From assembly GCA_963776345.1 (NCBI GenBank), contig CAVZMH010000001.1:32001-96000 (forward strand): a stretch of DNA of 64,000 nt, in the 5' to 3' direction. Origin of the DNA: an uncultured delta proteobacterium (GTDB lineage Bacteria > Myxococcota > Myxococcia > Myxococcales > Myxococcaceae). Both the position numbers and the translations under genes were made by a program. Each line of letters begins with the position of its first letter. The first letter of the stretch is position 1. The notes beneath the pieces are model-generated. The model was not told where the DNA came from, did not search any database, and was given only the letters and a program-made list of their open reading frames with translations. This document shows positions 31,941 to 40,966 of this stretch, piece by piece.

Positions 31941-33116
31941 ATGAGCACCGACGGCTGGAGCGGATGGTGGCGCGGCCGGCAGGACGCCTTCGAGGCGGCG
32001 CTGCGCGGGCTGGTGGAGGTCAACTCCTTCACCGACAACCGCGAGGGCGGGCTCGAGGTCGGCCGCCGGCTCCGGGATCTGTTGGCCCTGCCCGGGGTCG
32101 AGGGCTCGCCGGTCCCGAGCACGCGGTACGCCGACCACTGGGTGTTCCGCACGGCGGGGAACCCACGGCTCCAGCCGGTCGCGCTCCTCGGGCACCTGGA
32201 CACCGTCTTCCCGCCCGGGGCGTTCGAGGGCTACCGGGTGGACGGCGCGCTCCGGCGCGGCCCGGGTGTCCTGGACATGAAGGGCGGCCTGGTGGTGGTG
32301 GCGTTCGCGCTCCGGGGTCTCGCCGAGAGCTACCCGGGGGGGCTGGCTGCGCTCCCGCCGCTGCGGCTGGTCGTGGTGTCGGACGAGGAGGTGGGCTCGC
32401 CCGAGGGCGCGGGCGTCATCCGGGAGGCGATCGCCGGCAGCGCCGCGGCGCTGGTCTTCGAGTCCGGGCGCGCCGAGGACGCGATCATCACCCGCCGGAA
32501 GGGCACCGGCGCAGTCACCGCCGTGGCGCACGGAAGGGCCGCCCATGCCGGCAACCACCATGCCGACGGGAAGAACGCCATCTGGGCGCTGGCGCGGTGG
32601 ATCGACGCCGCGCAGCGGCTCACCGACTACGACCGCGGCGTCACGGTGAGCGTGGGAAAGGTCTCCGGCGGCCAGGGGAAGAACACCGTCCCCGACCGCG
32701 CCGAGGCTCAGGCCGACATCCGCTACCTCACCCGCGCCGACGGCGAGGCGTTGACCCAGCGGCTCCGCGAGGTGGCCGAGCACGCCGGGGCCGCCGTCCC
32801 GGGGACCCGGGTCGAGCTGTCGGGCGGCGTGGGGCGCGAGCCGCTCGAGCGAACGCTGGCGAACGTGGCCCTGATGGAGGAGTACGCCGCGGCGGCGCGC
32901 GCCTCCGGGCTCGGGGCCGGCGAGGCCCCGCTCATCGGCGGCGGAAGCGACGCGAGCACCTCGGCGGCGATGGGCATCGCCTCCATCGACGGGCTCGGTC
33001 CCCGGGGGAAGGGCTTCCACACCGTGGACGAGCACATCGAGGTGGAGACGCTGGTGCCCAAGGCCGAGGCGCTGGCGCGGTTCCTCGCCGCCAGGGCCGG
33101 AGCCGGCGGTGGATGA
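31941..33116 (+). CDS. M20 metallopeptidase (glutamate carboxypeptidase-like)
   Basis: GHLDTV, GPGVLDMKGG, DEEVGS, FESG, GGGSDA, HTVDE. Confidence 0.9.
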   Translation: MSTDGWSGWWRGRQDAFEAALRGLVEVNSFTDNREGGLEVGRRLRDLLALPGVEGSPVPSTRYADHWVFRTAGNPRLQPVALLGHLDTVFPPGAFEGYRVDGALRRGPGVLDMKGGLVVVAFALRGLAESYPGGLAALPPLRLVVVSDEEVGSPEGAGVIREAIAGSAAALVFESGRAEDAIITRRKGTGAVTAVAHGRAAHAGNHHADGKNAIWALARWIDAAQRLTDYDRGVTVSVGKVSGGQGKNTVPDRAEAQADIRYLTRADGEALTQRLREVAEHAGAAVPGTRVELSGGVGREPLERTLANVALMEEYAAAARASGLGAGEAPLIGGGSDASTSAAMGIASIDGLGPRGKGFHTVDEHIEVETLVPKAEALARFLAARAGAGGG

Positions 33117-33435
33117 GGACGCGCCGGTCCCGCTGCCCCTCGACGGCCGGCTGGACCTGCACCTCTTCCACCCTCGCGACGTTCCGGCCCTGCTGGACGC
33201 CTACCTCGCCGCCTGCCGGGCGGCGGGGGTCCTCCGCCTGGAGATCGTCCACGGGAAGGGGACCGGCGCGCTCGGGCGGCGCGTCCGGGCGCTGCTGGAG
33301 GGGCGCGAGGACGTCCTCCACCACGCCCTGGCGGACGAGGGCCGGGGTGGGTGGGGAGTCACCCTGGTCAGTCTGAGAGCCTTGCCGGGGAGAGGTCCCG
33401 GGGACCCCTCGCCAGGCGGCCCGGAGTCCGGCTAG
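33109..33435 (+). CDS. Stand-alone Smr/MutS2 domain protein
   Basis: LDLH, IVHGKGTG, GGWGVTLV. Confidence 0.87.
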   Translation: MDEDAPVPLPLDGRLDLHLFHPRDVPALLDAYLAACRAAGVLRLEIVHGKGTGALGRRVRALLEGREDVLHHALADEGRGGWGVTLVSLRALPGRGPGDPSPGGPESG

Positions 33436-33449
33436 GAAGACACCCCATC

Positions 33450-33869
33450 GTGGCCCACGCAGCCCCGCTCACCGTGATGGTGGTCGACGACCAGGCCCTG
33501 TTCCGCCGGTCGCTCCAGGACCGGCTGCGCTCGGACGGGTACGACGTGGTGGGAGCCGAGAACGGCGCCGAGGCGCTGGAGCTGCTCGAGGCCGCCCCGG
33601 GCCCCTGCGTCGTCCTGCTCGATCTCATGATGCCGGTGATGAACGGGATCGACTTCCTGCACGCGCTCGATCGCCGGCCCGAGGCGGCCCACGTCCGGGT
33701 GATGCTCGTCTCCGGCCACGGGGTGCTCGAGCGCGTGGCGCTCGACTCGCCGCGCATCGTCGCCCGGCTCCAGAAGCCGCTGGAGATGACCGAGCTGCGG
33801 AGCGCGCTGGAGACCCAGCTCGGGCCGGCCCCCTGGCACGGGCACGGGCCCGGGCGCCCGGTGCACTGA
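33450..33869 (+). CDS. Single-domain response regulator
   Basis: VVDD, LLDLMMP, S, QKP. Confidence 0.87.
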   Translation: MAHAAPLTVMVVDDQALFRRSLQDRLRSDGYDVVGAENGAEALELLEAAPGPCVVLLDLMMPVMNGIDFLHALDRRPEAAHVRVMLVSGHGVLERVALDSPRIVARLQKPLEMTELRSALETQLGPAPWHGHGPGRPVH

Positions 33870-33872
33870 CGA

Positions 33873-34463
33873 TCAGCCGGTGAGGTGGCTCACGTCGTTC
33901 CAGAGCCACACCGCCTCCGAGGCGTGCTCGCGGCCGAGCACGCTCACCGAGGCGGTGGTGAGCGCGAGCCGCTCGCCGAAGGAGGGGGGCGCCTGGATCC
34001 AGCGGGCCGCCAGCACCCTCAGCACGTGTCCGTGCGCGAAGAGCACGACGTCCCCCTCGATACCGCGGACCTCCGAGAGCACCCGGTCCACGCGCACGCC
34101 GACCTGCTCGGCCGTCTCGCCCTGCGGGCAGCCGTCGCGCCAGAGGTTCCACTCCGGCCGCTCGTGGAGGATCTCCGTCCGGGTTCGGCCCTCGTAGGCC
34201 CCGTAGTCCCACTCCATGAGGTCCGGGCGCAGCTCGGCCCGGTCCCCCAGGCCGGCGAGCGCGCAGGTGTCACGGGCCCGTGACAGCGGGCTGACGAGGA
34301 CCCGGGTGAAGGGCCAGGCCAGCAGCCGGTGCCGGAGGAGCTCGGCCTCCCGCCGACCCTGCGGGTTCAGCGGGAGGTCCTGTCTCCCGGTGTGCTGCTT
34401 GGACTTGCTCCAGTCGGTCTCCCCGTGGCGGACCAGCACCACCACCCGGCTCGTCTGCGACAT
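33873..34463 (-). CDS. Histidine phosphatase family protein
   Basis: LVRHGETDWS, SPLSRA, EWDYGAYEG, AHG. Confidence 0.92.
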   Translation of the reverse strand: MSQTSRVVVLVRHGETDWSKSKQHTGRQDLPLNPQGRREAELLRHRLLAWPFTRVLVSPLSRARDTCALAGLGDRAELRPDLMEWDYGAYEGRTRTEILHERPEWNLWRDGCPQGETAEQVGVRVDRVLSEVRGIEGDVVLFAHGHVLRVLAARWIQAPPSFGERLALTTASVSVLGREHASEAVWLWNDVSHLTG

Positions 34464-34550
34464 GCGGTCTCCCCGCGCCCCGGTCCGTGAAGGCGTCCGT
34501 TGACGCACCATAGAGCGGGCGTTCGCCCGAGCGGTTAATATGCGCCGCCC

Positions 34551-35093
34551 ATGGAGACCCTGGTTCTCAGCACGGGGTACGAGCCAGTTGCCCGCGTCCC
34601 GTGGCAGCGGGCGATCAATCTCTTGTTCCTCGGCAAGGTGGAGGTGGTCGAGGAGTACGAGGACCGTCTCATCCGCTCGGTGACCTTCGCGGTCAAGATG
34701 CCGTCGGTCATCCGTTTCCTGCGTGCGGTGCGCAACCGCAAGCGGGCCATCAAGTTCAGCCGCGAGAACGTCTACGCCCGCGACCACGGGAAGTGCCAGT
34801 ACTGCGCCGAGCGGGTCAGCCGGCAGGACGCCACGTACGATCACGTCGTCCCACGCGCCCAGGGAGGCCACACCACCTGGGAGAACGTCGTCATCTGCTG
34901 CTTCGGCTGCAACCAGCGGAAGGGCGGACGCACGCCCACGCAGGCCGGGATGGGCCTGCTCAGCATGCCGGTGAAGCCGAAGAAGCTCCCCGAGACGTTC
35001 CACCTGACCTTCACCTACGAGCCGGGGATGCCGCTGTCCTGGCGGAAGTTCCTCCGGGACGTGGCCTACTGGCACGGCGAGCTCGAGGACTGA
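34551..35093 (+). CDS. HNH endonuclease
   Basis: SRENVYARD..CQYC, TYDHVVPRAQGG, WENVVICCFGCNQRKG. Confidence 0.93.
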   Translation: METLVLSTGYEPVARVPWQRAINLLFLGKVEVVEEYEDRLIRSVTFAVKMPSVIRFLRAVRNRKRAIKFSRENVYARDHGKCQYCAERVSRQDATYDHVVPRAQGGHTTWENVVICCFGCNQRKGGRTPTQAGMGLLSMPVKPKKLPETFHLTFTYEPGMPLSWRKFLRDVAYWHGELED

Positions 35094-35146
35094 TCGCCCG
35101 CGCCCCCGGGGCGCTGGTCCGGGGCTGGTCCAGGCTCCCGCCGCCG

Positions 35147-35719
35147 GTGCGACGGGGTCTGGGCCGGGCGGCGCTCCTCGCGGGCGTGGTGCTGGCGCTG
35201 GTCAACGGCGCGGTGAACGCCATCGGGGGAGCGGAGGTGTTCCTCCTGTCGCCGGTGCACGTCCGGGCCCGGGTCCGGGCGCTCGGACTCTACGCGCTGC
35301 ACCGGCCGCGGTGCGCGTTCCGGGCGCACCCGCCGCTGCCTCCGCTGATCTCCGCGGCCGAGCGACGCCACGGGCTCCCCCCGGGGCTGCTCGAGTCCCT
35401 GGTGGAGGTGGAGAGCGGGCTCAGGGTCCACGCCATCTCCGGAGCGGGCGCGGTGGGCCCGGGCCAGCTGCTCCCGTCCACCGCCCGCCTGCTGGGGGTG
35501 GGCGACCCCTTCGACTCGGGGGAGAACGTGGAGGGGAGCGCGCGGTACCTGGCGGACCAGCTTCGCCGGTTCCGCTCCATCCGCCTGGCGGTCGCCGCCT
35601 ACAACGCGGGCCCCGGCACCGTGGCGGGCGGGGCGCCCTGGCCGGACGAGACCCGCGCCTACGTGGACCAGGTCACCGAGCGCTACGCACGGCGTCGGCG
35701 CATCCAGGCCCAGCGCTGA
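35147..35719 (+). CDS. Lytic transglycosylase (SLT domain); start uncertain (GTG 35147 or CTG 35090)
   Basis: VEVESG, SGAGAVGPGQLLPSTA, AAYNAGPG, ETRAYV. Confidence 0.82.
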   Translation: MRRGLGRAALLAGVVLALVNGAVNAIGGAEVFLLSPVHVRARVRALGLYALHRPRCAFRAHPPLPPLISAAERRHGLPPGLLESLVEVESGLRVHAISGAGAVGPGQLLPSTARLLGVGDPFDSGENVEGSARYLADQLRRFRSIRLAVAAYNAGPGTVAGGAPWPDETRAYVDQVTERYARRRRIQAQR

Positions 35720-35779
35720 GCCTGGACGCGCCGCGCCCCTGCGCGGCTCCGCGAGCGTCCCCCTGGTGCGGGGGGCTGA
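35717..35779. repeat. REP-like intergenic repeat, copy 1
   Basis: 25-nt core GCGTCCCCCTGGTGCGGGGGGCTGA (35755-35779) is identical to 54911-54935; looser similarity runs back to the upstream stop codon. Confidence 0.75.
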
Positions 35780-35842
35780 CGGCGAGGCGCCCGGAATGCG
35801 TGCGCGGCCGGTCCGGTGGGGCTAGGAAGGCGGGCTTCCCGC

Positions 35843-36592
35843 ATGGTGCTGACCCGGCAGCAGCAGCTCTACACGTACCTCAGCGGCATCTTCGTCGCGG
35901 CGCTGCTGCTCGGCGACCTCACGGGCGGCAAGGCCTTCTCGGTCGAGGTGCACCTCTTCGGCCTCCGCTACCACCAGCCAGTCTCGGTCGGGCTCTTCGC
36001 CTTCCCGGTGACCTTCCTCCTGACCGACATCGTCAACGAGTTCTACGGGACGAAGGGGGCCCGCTTCCTCACCCTGCTGGGGATGTGGATGGCGGTCTTC
36101 GCCTTCGTGGTGCTGAACGTCTCGCAGCTGCCCTCGGCAGACCCCAACAGCTATTACACCGACGCCGAGTTCAACAAGGTGTTCGGCGTCGGCGGCAAGC
36201 TCTTCGTCGCCTCGATCATCGCCTACCTCTGTGGACAGTTCCTCGACATCCACATCTTCGCGTTCTGGAAAGCGCTGACCCAGTCGCGCCACCTGTGGCT
36301 CAGGGCGACCGGCTCCACCATCGCCAGTCAGGTGGTGGACACCTTCGTCATCAACTACCTCTTCTGGTACGTCTTCCCCTCGGTGGGGAACGCCCAGCCC
36401 CGGCCCCTGGGGTGGGTCACCAGCAAATCGGTCGGCGAGTACCTCATCAAGCTGGTCATCGCCATCGGGCTCACCCCGGCCATCTACGCGCTGCACGAGC
36501 TGGTGGTCCGGCGGCTCGGCATCCACCCCCAGCCCCACGCCCCACCGCCGAAGTCCGTGCCCTCGCACGCCCCCTCCGGTGGGGCCGGGTAG
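35843..36592 (+). CDS. yhhQ: Queuosine precursor transporter (YhhQ/VUT family)
   Basis: FPVTFLLTDIVNEFYG, ASIIAYLCGQFLD, LWLRATGSTIASQVVDT. Confidence 0.92.
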   Translation: MVLTRQQQLYTYLSGIFVAALLLGDLTGGKAFSVEVHLFGLRYHQPVSVGLFAFPVTFLLTDIVNEFYGTKGARFLTLLGMWMAVFAFVVLNVSQLPSADPNSYYTDAEFNKVFGVGGKLFVASIIAYLCGQFLDIHIFAFWKALTQSRHLWLRATGSTIASQVVDTFVINYLFWYVFPSVGNAQPRPLGWVTSKSVGEYLIKLVIAIGLTPAIYALHELVVRRLGIHPQPHAPPPKSVPSHAPSGGAG

Positions 36593-36643
36593 GTCCACCG
36601 GGGGTTGACGTCTCACGCGAGCGGGGAGCACGGTGAGACGACC

Positions 36644-37006
36644 ATGTCTGATGGCCCAATCCTGATCGTCGACGACGACGCATTCGTCCGGACGCTGCTC
36701 CGGGAGATGCTCGCCGACCAGGGGCACCCCCTGCGCGAGGCCGAGAACGGGCAGCAGGCGCTGAGCCTGGACGGTCCGGCGCCGAGTGTCGTGCTGCTGG
36801 ATCTCCTGATGCCGCAGATGAGCGGGATGGAGGCCCTGGCGCGGATCCGCGATCGCTGGCCCACCACCCCGGTGCTGGTCATCAGCTCGATGGACAGCGA
36901 TCGGCTGGTGGAGGAGGCGCTCCAGGCCGGCGCCTCGGGGTACATCACCAAGCCGTTCCACCCCGTGGAGATCGCCTCCGCGGTCGAGCGTGCGCTGGCC
37001 GCCTGA
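36644..37006 (+). CDS. Single-domain response regulator (CheY-like)
   Basis: IVDDD, LLDLLMP, ISS, ITKPF. Confidence 0.9.
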   Translation: MSDGPILIVDDDAFVRTLLREMLADQGHPLREAENGQQALSLDGPAPSVVLLDLLMPQMSGMEALARIRDRWPTTPVLVISSMDSDRLVEEALQAGASGYITKPFHPVEIASAVERALAA

Positions 37007-37023
37007 GGACGCTAGACCGGACA

Positions 37024-38019
37024 ATGCCCGAGTACTGGATCGGAGACGCGGAAGGACGGGTGCTCGGGCCGGTGAGCCTGGACGTGGTCCAGGACCTGGT
37101 GAACACCGGCCGCCTCACCGAGATCACCCAGGTCTCGCGCGACGGCCGCAACTGGGGCGTGCCGGCCTCGTTCCCCGAGGTGATGGCGCTCCTCCTCAAC
37201 GCGCCCTCGCCCGAGGCGCTGCTCCAGTCCGAGCGGCACGAGGCGGCGCGGGTCCGCGAGCAGCTGCAGGCGATGCACGGCCGCCCGCCGCACGAGATCT
37301 TCCGGCTCGGCCGCAGCGCCTCGGTCGATGCCTACCGCAACGCCTTCTTCAAGCTGGTGAAGCGCTTCTACCCGGACCGGGTGCGGTCCCAGGCGCACCC
37401 CGACCTGCGCAAGGCGTACGCCGACGCGTTCCAGTTCCTCAGCCGGCTGATGGTGCACATCGAGCGTGAGCTGGCGGAGGGGGGCGCGGTCTCGCCGCTC
37501 CCGGTGGTCCGGGCCGTTCCCCCGCCCCCGGTGGACGACGAGCCGCTGACGCCGTTCCGCACGTCGCCGCCGCAGCCCGGGCGCCCGCTGACCGTCGTTC
37601 CGCGGAGCCTGACGCCCCCGCCCCGGCCGGGGCCGCTGCCCACGCCGGCGCACCAGGGACACTACAGCTACAAGCCGCACGAGTTCGTGGGCTTCGAGCG
37701 GCAGGGGGACCGGGTCGAGGTGACCATCCGCGTCACCGCCCGGAACAGCCGGATGTTCACCGAGCATCCCCTGGCCAACCTCAAGACCGACGGCTTCTTC
37801 CTGGCCTGCGCCAAGGCGCTGCCTCTCGGGACGCTGGTGGACGTCATCTTCCGCTTCGAGGAGGAGCACCGCGAGGTCCGCTCGCGCGGCCGGGTCATCC
37901 TCGAGAACACCGGCGGGGACCCCAGCAGGCCCACCGGCTTCGGCGTCCGCTTCATCACCCTGGTCGACCAGGACCGCCGCTTCATGCAGCAGTTCGTGGA
38001 CCGGGCCGCGGTGCGCTGA
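37024..38019 (+). CDS. GYF_2-like + degenerate J-domain + PilZ-like protein
   Basis: YWI...LGPVSL..V..LV..GRL..W N-terminus; AFFKLVKRFYPD; C-terminal NLKTDGFFL...LPLGT...GRV...GFGVRFI. Confidence 0.78.
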   Translation: MPEYWIGDAEGRVLGPVSLDVVQDLVNTGRLTEITQVSRDGRNWGVPASFPEVMALLLNAPSPEALLQSERHEAARVREQLQAMHGRPPHEIFRLGRSASVDAYRNAFFKLVKRFYPDRVRSQAHPDLRKAYADAFQFLSRLMVHIERELAEGGAVSPLPVVRAVPPPPVDDEPLTPFRTSPPQPGRPLTVVPRSLTPPPRPGPLPTPAHQGHYSYKPHEFVGFERQGDRVEVTIRVTARNSRMFTEHPLANLKTDGFFLACAKALPLGTLVDVIFRFEEEHREVRSRGRVILENTGGDPSRPTGFGVRFITLVDQDRRFMQQFVDRAAVR

Positions 38020-38064
38020 CCGCGCTAGTCTCCAGGCCCTCCGTTCGAGGAGAGGAGGCGCGCC

Positions 38065-38658
38065 ATGTGGGACCAGCGGTACTCCGAACCAGGGTATGCC
38101 TACGGGACGGAACCGAACGACTTCCTGGTCGCCTCGGCCCGGCGTTACCTGCCGGCCGGCGGCGAGCTCGTCTCCCTCGGCGAGGGAGAGGGCCGGAACG
38201 CGGTCTACCTCGCGGGGCTCGGCTTCCGGGTGACCGCGGTCGATGGCTCCCGGGTCGCGATGGAGAAGGCGAGGGCCCTCGCCGCCCGGCGCGGGGTGAG
38301 CATCGAGACCGTGGTGGCGGACCTCGCCGAGCATCCGCTGGGGCACGCCCGGTGGGACGGCATCGTCTCCATCTGGTGCCACACACCCTCGGAGCTGCGG
38401 AGACGGCTGCACCGCTCCGTCGTGGAGGCGCTCCGCCCCGGCGGCATCTTCATCCTCGAGTCGTACACCCCGGACCAGCTCCGGTACGAGACCGGGGGGC
38501 CGCGCTCGGCGGATCTGCTCCTCTCCCTCGCCACGGCGCGCGAGGAGCTCGCCGGGCTGGAGCTCCTCGTCGCCGAGGAGAAGCTCCGGGACGTGCAGGA
38601 GGGGACGCACCACCACGGCACGAGCGCGGTGCTCCAGCTCGTCGCCCGGAAGCCCTGA
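38065..38658 (+). CDS. Class I SAM-dependent methyltransferase
   Basis: MWDQRY..YGTEPN, LGEGEGRN, ALRPGG; SD GGAGG. Confidence 0.9.
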   Translation: MWDQRYSEPGYAYGTEPNDFLVASARRYLPAGGELVSLGEGEGRNAVYLAGLGFRVTAVDGSRVAMEKARALAARRGVSIETVVADLAEHPLGHARWDGIVSIWCHTPSELRRRLHRSVVEALRPGGIFILESYTPDQLRYETGGPRSADLLLSLATAREELAGLELLVAEEKLRDVQEGTHHHGTSAVLQLVARKP

Positions 38659-38696
38659 CCCCGGCCCATCGCCAACGCCGTAGAGTGCGCTCCAGG

Positions 38697-39485
38697 GTGG
38701 GGCCCCCGAGCGCAGACCATGGAACGCCTCCGGGCCACGGCGCCGGGCCGGTGCTCCTGCTGCGCGACGTCGCCCGGAGCTTCGGAGGGCGCCTCGCGAT
38801 CCAGCCGCTCTCGCTCGAGGTCCCGCGCGGCCGGACCACCGTGCTCCTCGGCGAGAGCGGGAGCGGCAAGAGCACCTTGCTCCGCCTGATGGCGGGGCTC
38901 CTCGCGCCGGATTCGGGCGAGGTGCTGTTCGAGGGTGCGCCGGTCACCGCCGGGAGCGGCCCCGCCCTCCGGCGGCGCATGGGGTTCGGGCTCCAGTCGG
39001 GGGGACTCTTCCCGCACCTGACCGCCGCGGAGAACGTCACCCTCCTCGCCCGGGCCCTGCGGCGGCCCGTGGAGTGGCGCGGGCGGAGGCTGGAGCAGCT
39101 CGCCGCGCTGGTCCGGCTCGAGCCGGAGGTGCTCTCGCGCTGGCCGCTCCAGCTCTCGGGTGGCCAGCGCCAGCGGGTCAGCCTGATGCGGGCCCTGATG
39201 CTCGAGCCGGCGGTGCTGCTCTTGGACGAGCCGCTCGGAGCGCTGGACCCGGTCACGCGCGGGGAGCTGCAGCGCGAGCTGCTGCGCGTCTTCCGGGCGC
39301 TGGGGACGACGGCGGTGCTGGTCACCCACGACCTGGAGGAGGCGGCGATGCTCGGGGACCGCGTCGCCCTGCTCCGGGAGGGCGCGCTGGTCCAGGTGGG
39401 TCCGATGGAGGAGCTCGCGGCGCGGCCCGCGGACCCGTGGGTGGCGCGGTTCCTCGCCGGCTGGCGCCGGGGGGCGGCGCAGTGA
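38697..39485 (+). CDS. Osmoprotectant ABC transporter ATP-binding subunit
   Basis: GESGSGKS, LFPHLT, LSGGQRQR, LLDEP, VTHD. Confidence 0.9.
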   Translation: MGPPSADHGTPPGHGAGPVLLLRDVARSFGGRLAIQPLSLEVPRGRTTVLLGESGSGKSTLLRLMAGLLAPDSGEVLFEGAPVTAGSGPALRRRMGFGLQSGGLFPHLTAAENVTLLARALRRPVEWRGRRLEQLAALVRLEPEVLSRWPLQLSGGQRQRVSLMRALMLEPAVLLLDEPLGALDPVTRGELQRELLRVFRALGTTAVLVTHDLEEAAMLGDRVALLREGALVQVGPMEELAARPADPWVARFLAGWRRGAAQ

Positions 39486-40966
39486 AGCTCCTCGTTCTCC
39501 TGGCGCTCTCGGCCGCCGGCACGCCGGTCCCGGTGAAGGTGGGAAGCAAGGTCTTCACCGAGTCGGTGATCGTCGGCGAGCTGGCGACGGGGGCGCTCGA
39601 GCGGCGGGGCATCCGGGCCGAGCACGTCCGGGGGCTCGGCGGCACCCGGGTGGTCTGGGACGCGCTGGTCCGCGGCGACGTGGACGTCTACCCCGAGTAC
39701 ACCGGGACGCTGGCCGAGGAGATCTTCGGAGGGCGCGTCCGCCCCGACGCGCTCGGTCCGGCGCTGGCCGCGGCGGGGGTCGAGCTCGGGCCGTCGCTGG
39801 GGTTCGAGGATGGCTACGCGCTCGGGATGCGCGAGGACGTCGCGGCGCGGCTGGGCGTCCGCCGCATCTCGGACCTGCGCGCCCACCCCGACGTCCGCCT
39901 GGGGTTCAGCAACGAGTTCCTCGACCGGGCCGACGGGTGGCGTGCCCTCCAGCGCGCGTACCGGCTCCCGCATCGGGACGTGCGGGGGCTGGACCACGAG
40001 CTCGCCTACCGCGGTCTCCGGGCCGGAGCGCTCGAGGTGGTGGACCTCTACTCCACCGACCCGGAGATCCAGGCCGAGCGCCTGCGGGTCCTCGAGGACG
40101 ACCTGCGGCACTTTCCCGAGTACCGGGCGGTCTTGCTGGTGCGCGCGGATCTCGAGACGCGGGTGCCCGGGGCGCGCGCGGCGCTGGAGACGCTCCGGGA
40201 CCGGATCGACGCTCCGGCGATGATCGCCATGAACGCCCGGGCTCGGCTGGAGCGCGTCCCCGAGCCGGAGGTGGCGGCGGCGTTCCTCCGCGAGCGCCTC
40301 GGCGAGACCGGCGCGCCCCCGGTGGCCCCGGCGCCCGGTCGTGCGCGGCGGATCGCCGCCCGGCTCGGCGAGCACCTGACGCTGGTGGCCGTCTCGCTCG
40401 GGCTCTCGCTCGGGGTCGCCGTGCCGCTCGGGGTCCTCGCCGCCCGCCGCCGCCGGCTGGGGCAGGCGGTCCTCGCCGCGGTGGGGGTGGTGCAGACGGT
40501 TCCCTCGCTCGCGCTCCTGGTGCTGATGATCCCCCTGCTCGGCATCGGGACGCGGCCGGCCATCGCCGCGCTCTTCCTCTACGGGCTGCTCCCCATCGTC
40601 CGGAACACCCACGCCGGTCTGGTGGGCATCGCCCCGGACCTGCGCGAGTCCGCCGACGCGCTCGGCCTCCCGGCGGCGTTCCGTCTGTTCCGGGTGGAGC
40701 TCCCGCTGGCCTCGCCGTCCATCCTCGCCGGGGTGAAGACCTCCGCGGTCATCGCCGTGGGCACGGCCACGCTCGGCGCGCTGGTGGGCGCCGGCGGCTT
40801 CGGCCAGCCGATCCTCACCGGCATCCGGCTCGCCGACACCGGGCTCCTGCTCGAGGGCGCGGTGCCGGCGGCGGCGCTGGCGCTGGTGGTGGAGGCGGCG
40901 TTCGAGGGGGTGGAGCGGCTCGTCGTTCCGCGGGGCCTCCGGCTCCGTCCGGAGCAGCCGGGGTGA
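39482..40966 (+). CDS. Glycine betaine ABC transporter, substrate-binding domain fused to permease
   Basis: VGSKVFTES and YPEYTGT (binding domain), then QTVPSLALL, LYGLLPIVRNT and ELPLA (permease); GTGA overlap. Confidence 0.92.
   Translation: MKLLVLLALSAAGTPVPVKVGSKVFTESVIVGELATGALERRGIRAEHVRGLGGTRVVWDALVRGDVDVYPEYTGTLAEEIFGGRVRPDALGPALAAAGVELGPSLGFEDGYALGMREDVAARLGVRRISDLRAHPDVRLGFSNEFLDRADGWRALQRAYRLPHRDVRGLDHELAYRGLRAGALEVVDLYSTDPEIQAERLRVLEDDLRHFPEYRAVLLVRADLETRVPGARAALETLRDRIDAPAMIAMNARARLERVPEPEVAAAFLRERLGETGAPPVAPAPGRARRIAARLGEHLTLVAVSLGLSLGVAVPLGVLAARRRRLGQAVLAAVGVVQTVPSLALLVLMIPLLGIGTRPAIAALFLYGLLPIVRNTHAGLVGIAPDLRESADALGLPAAFRLFRVELPLASPSILAGVKTSAVIAVGTATLGALVGAGGFGQPILTGIRLADTGLLLEGAVPAAALALVVEAAFEGVERLVVPRGLRLRPEQPG

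Noticed and set aside
35720..35842. preQ1 riboswitch upstream of yhhQ
   Set aside because: No recognisable preQ1 stem-loop or A-rich tail; the region holds the REP-like repeat instead.
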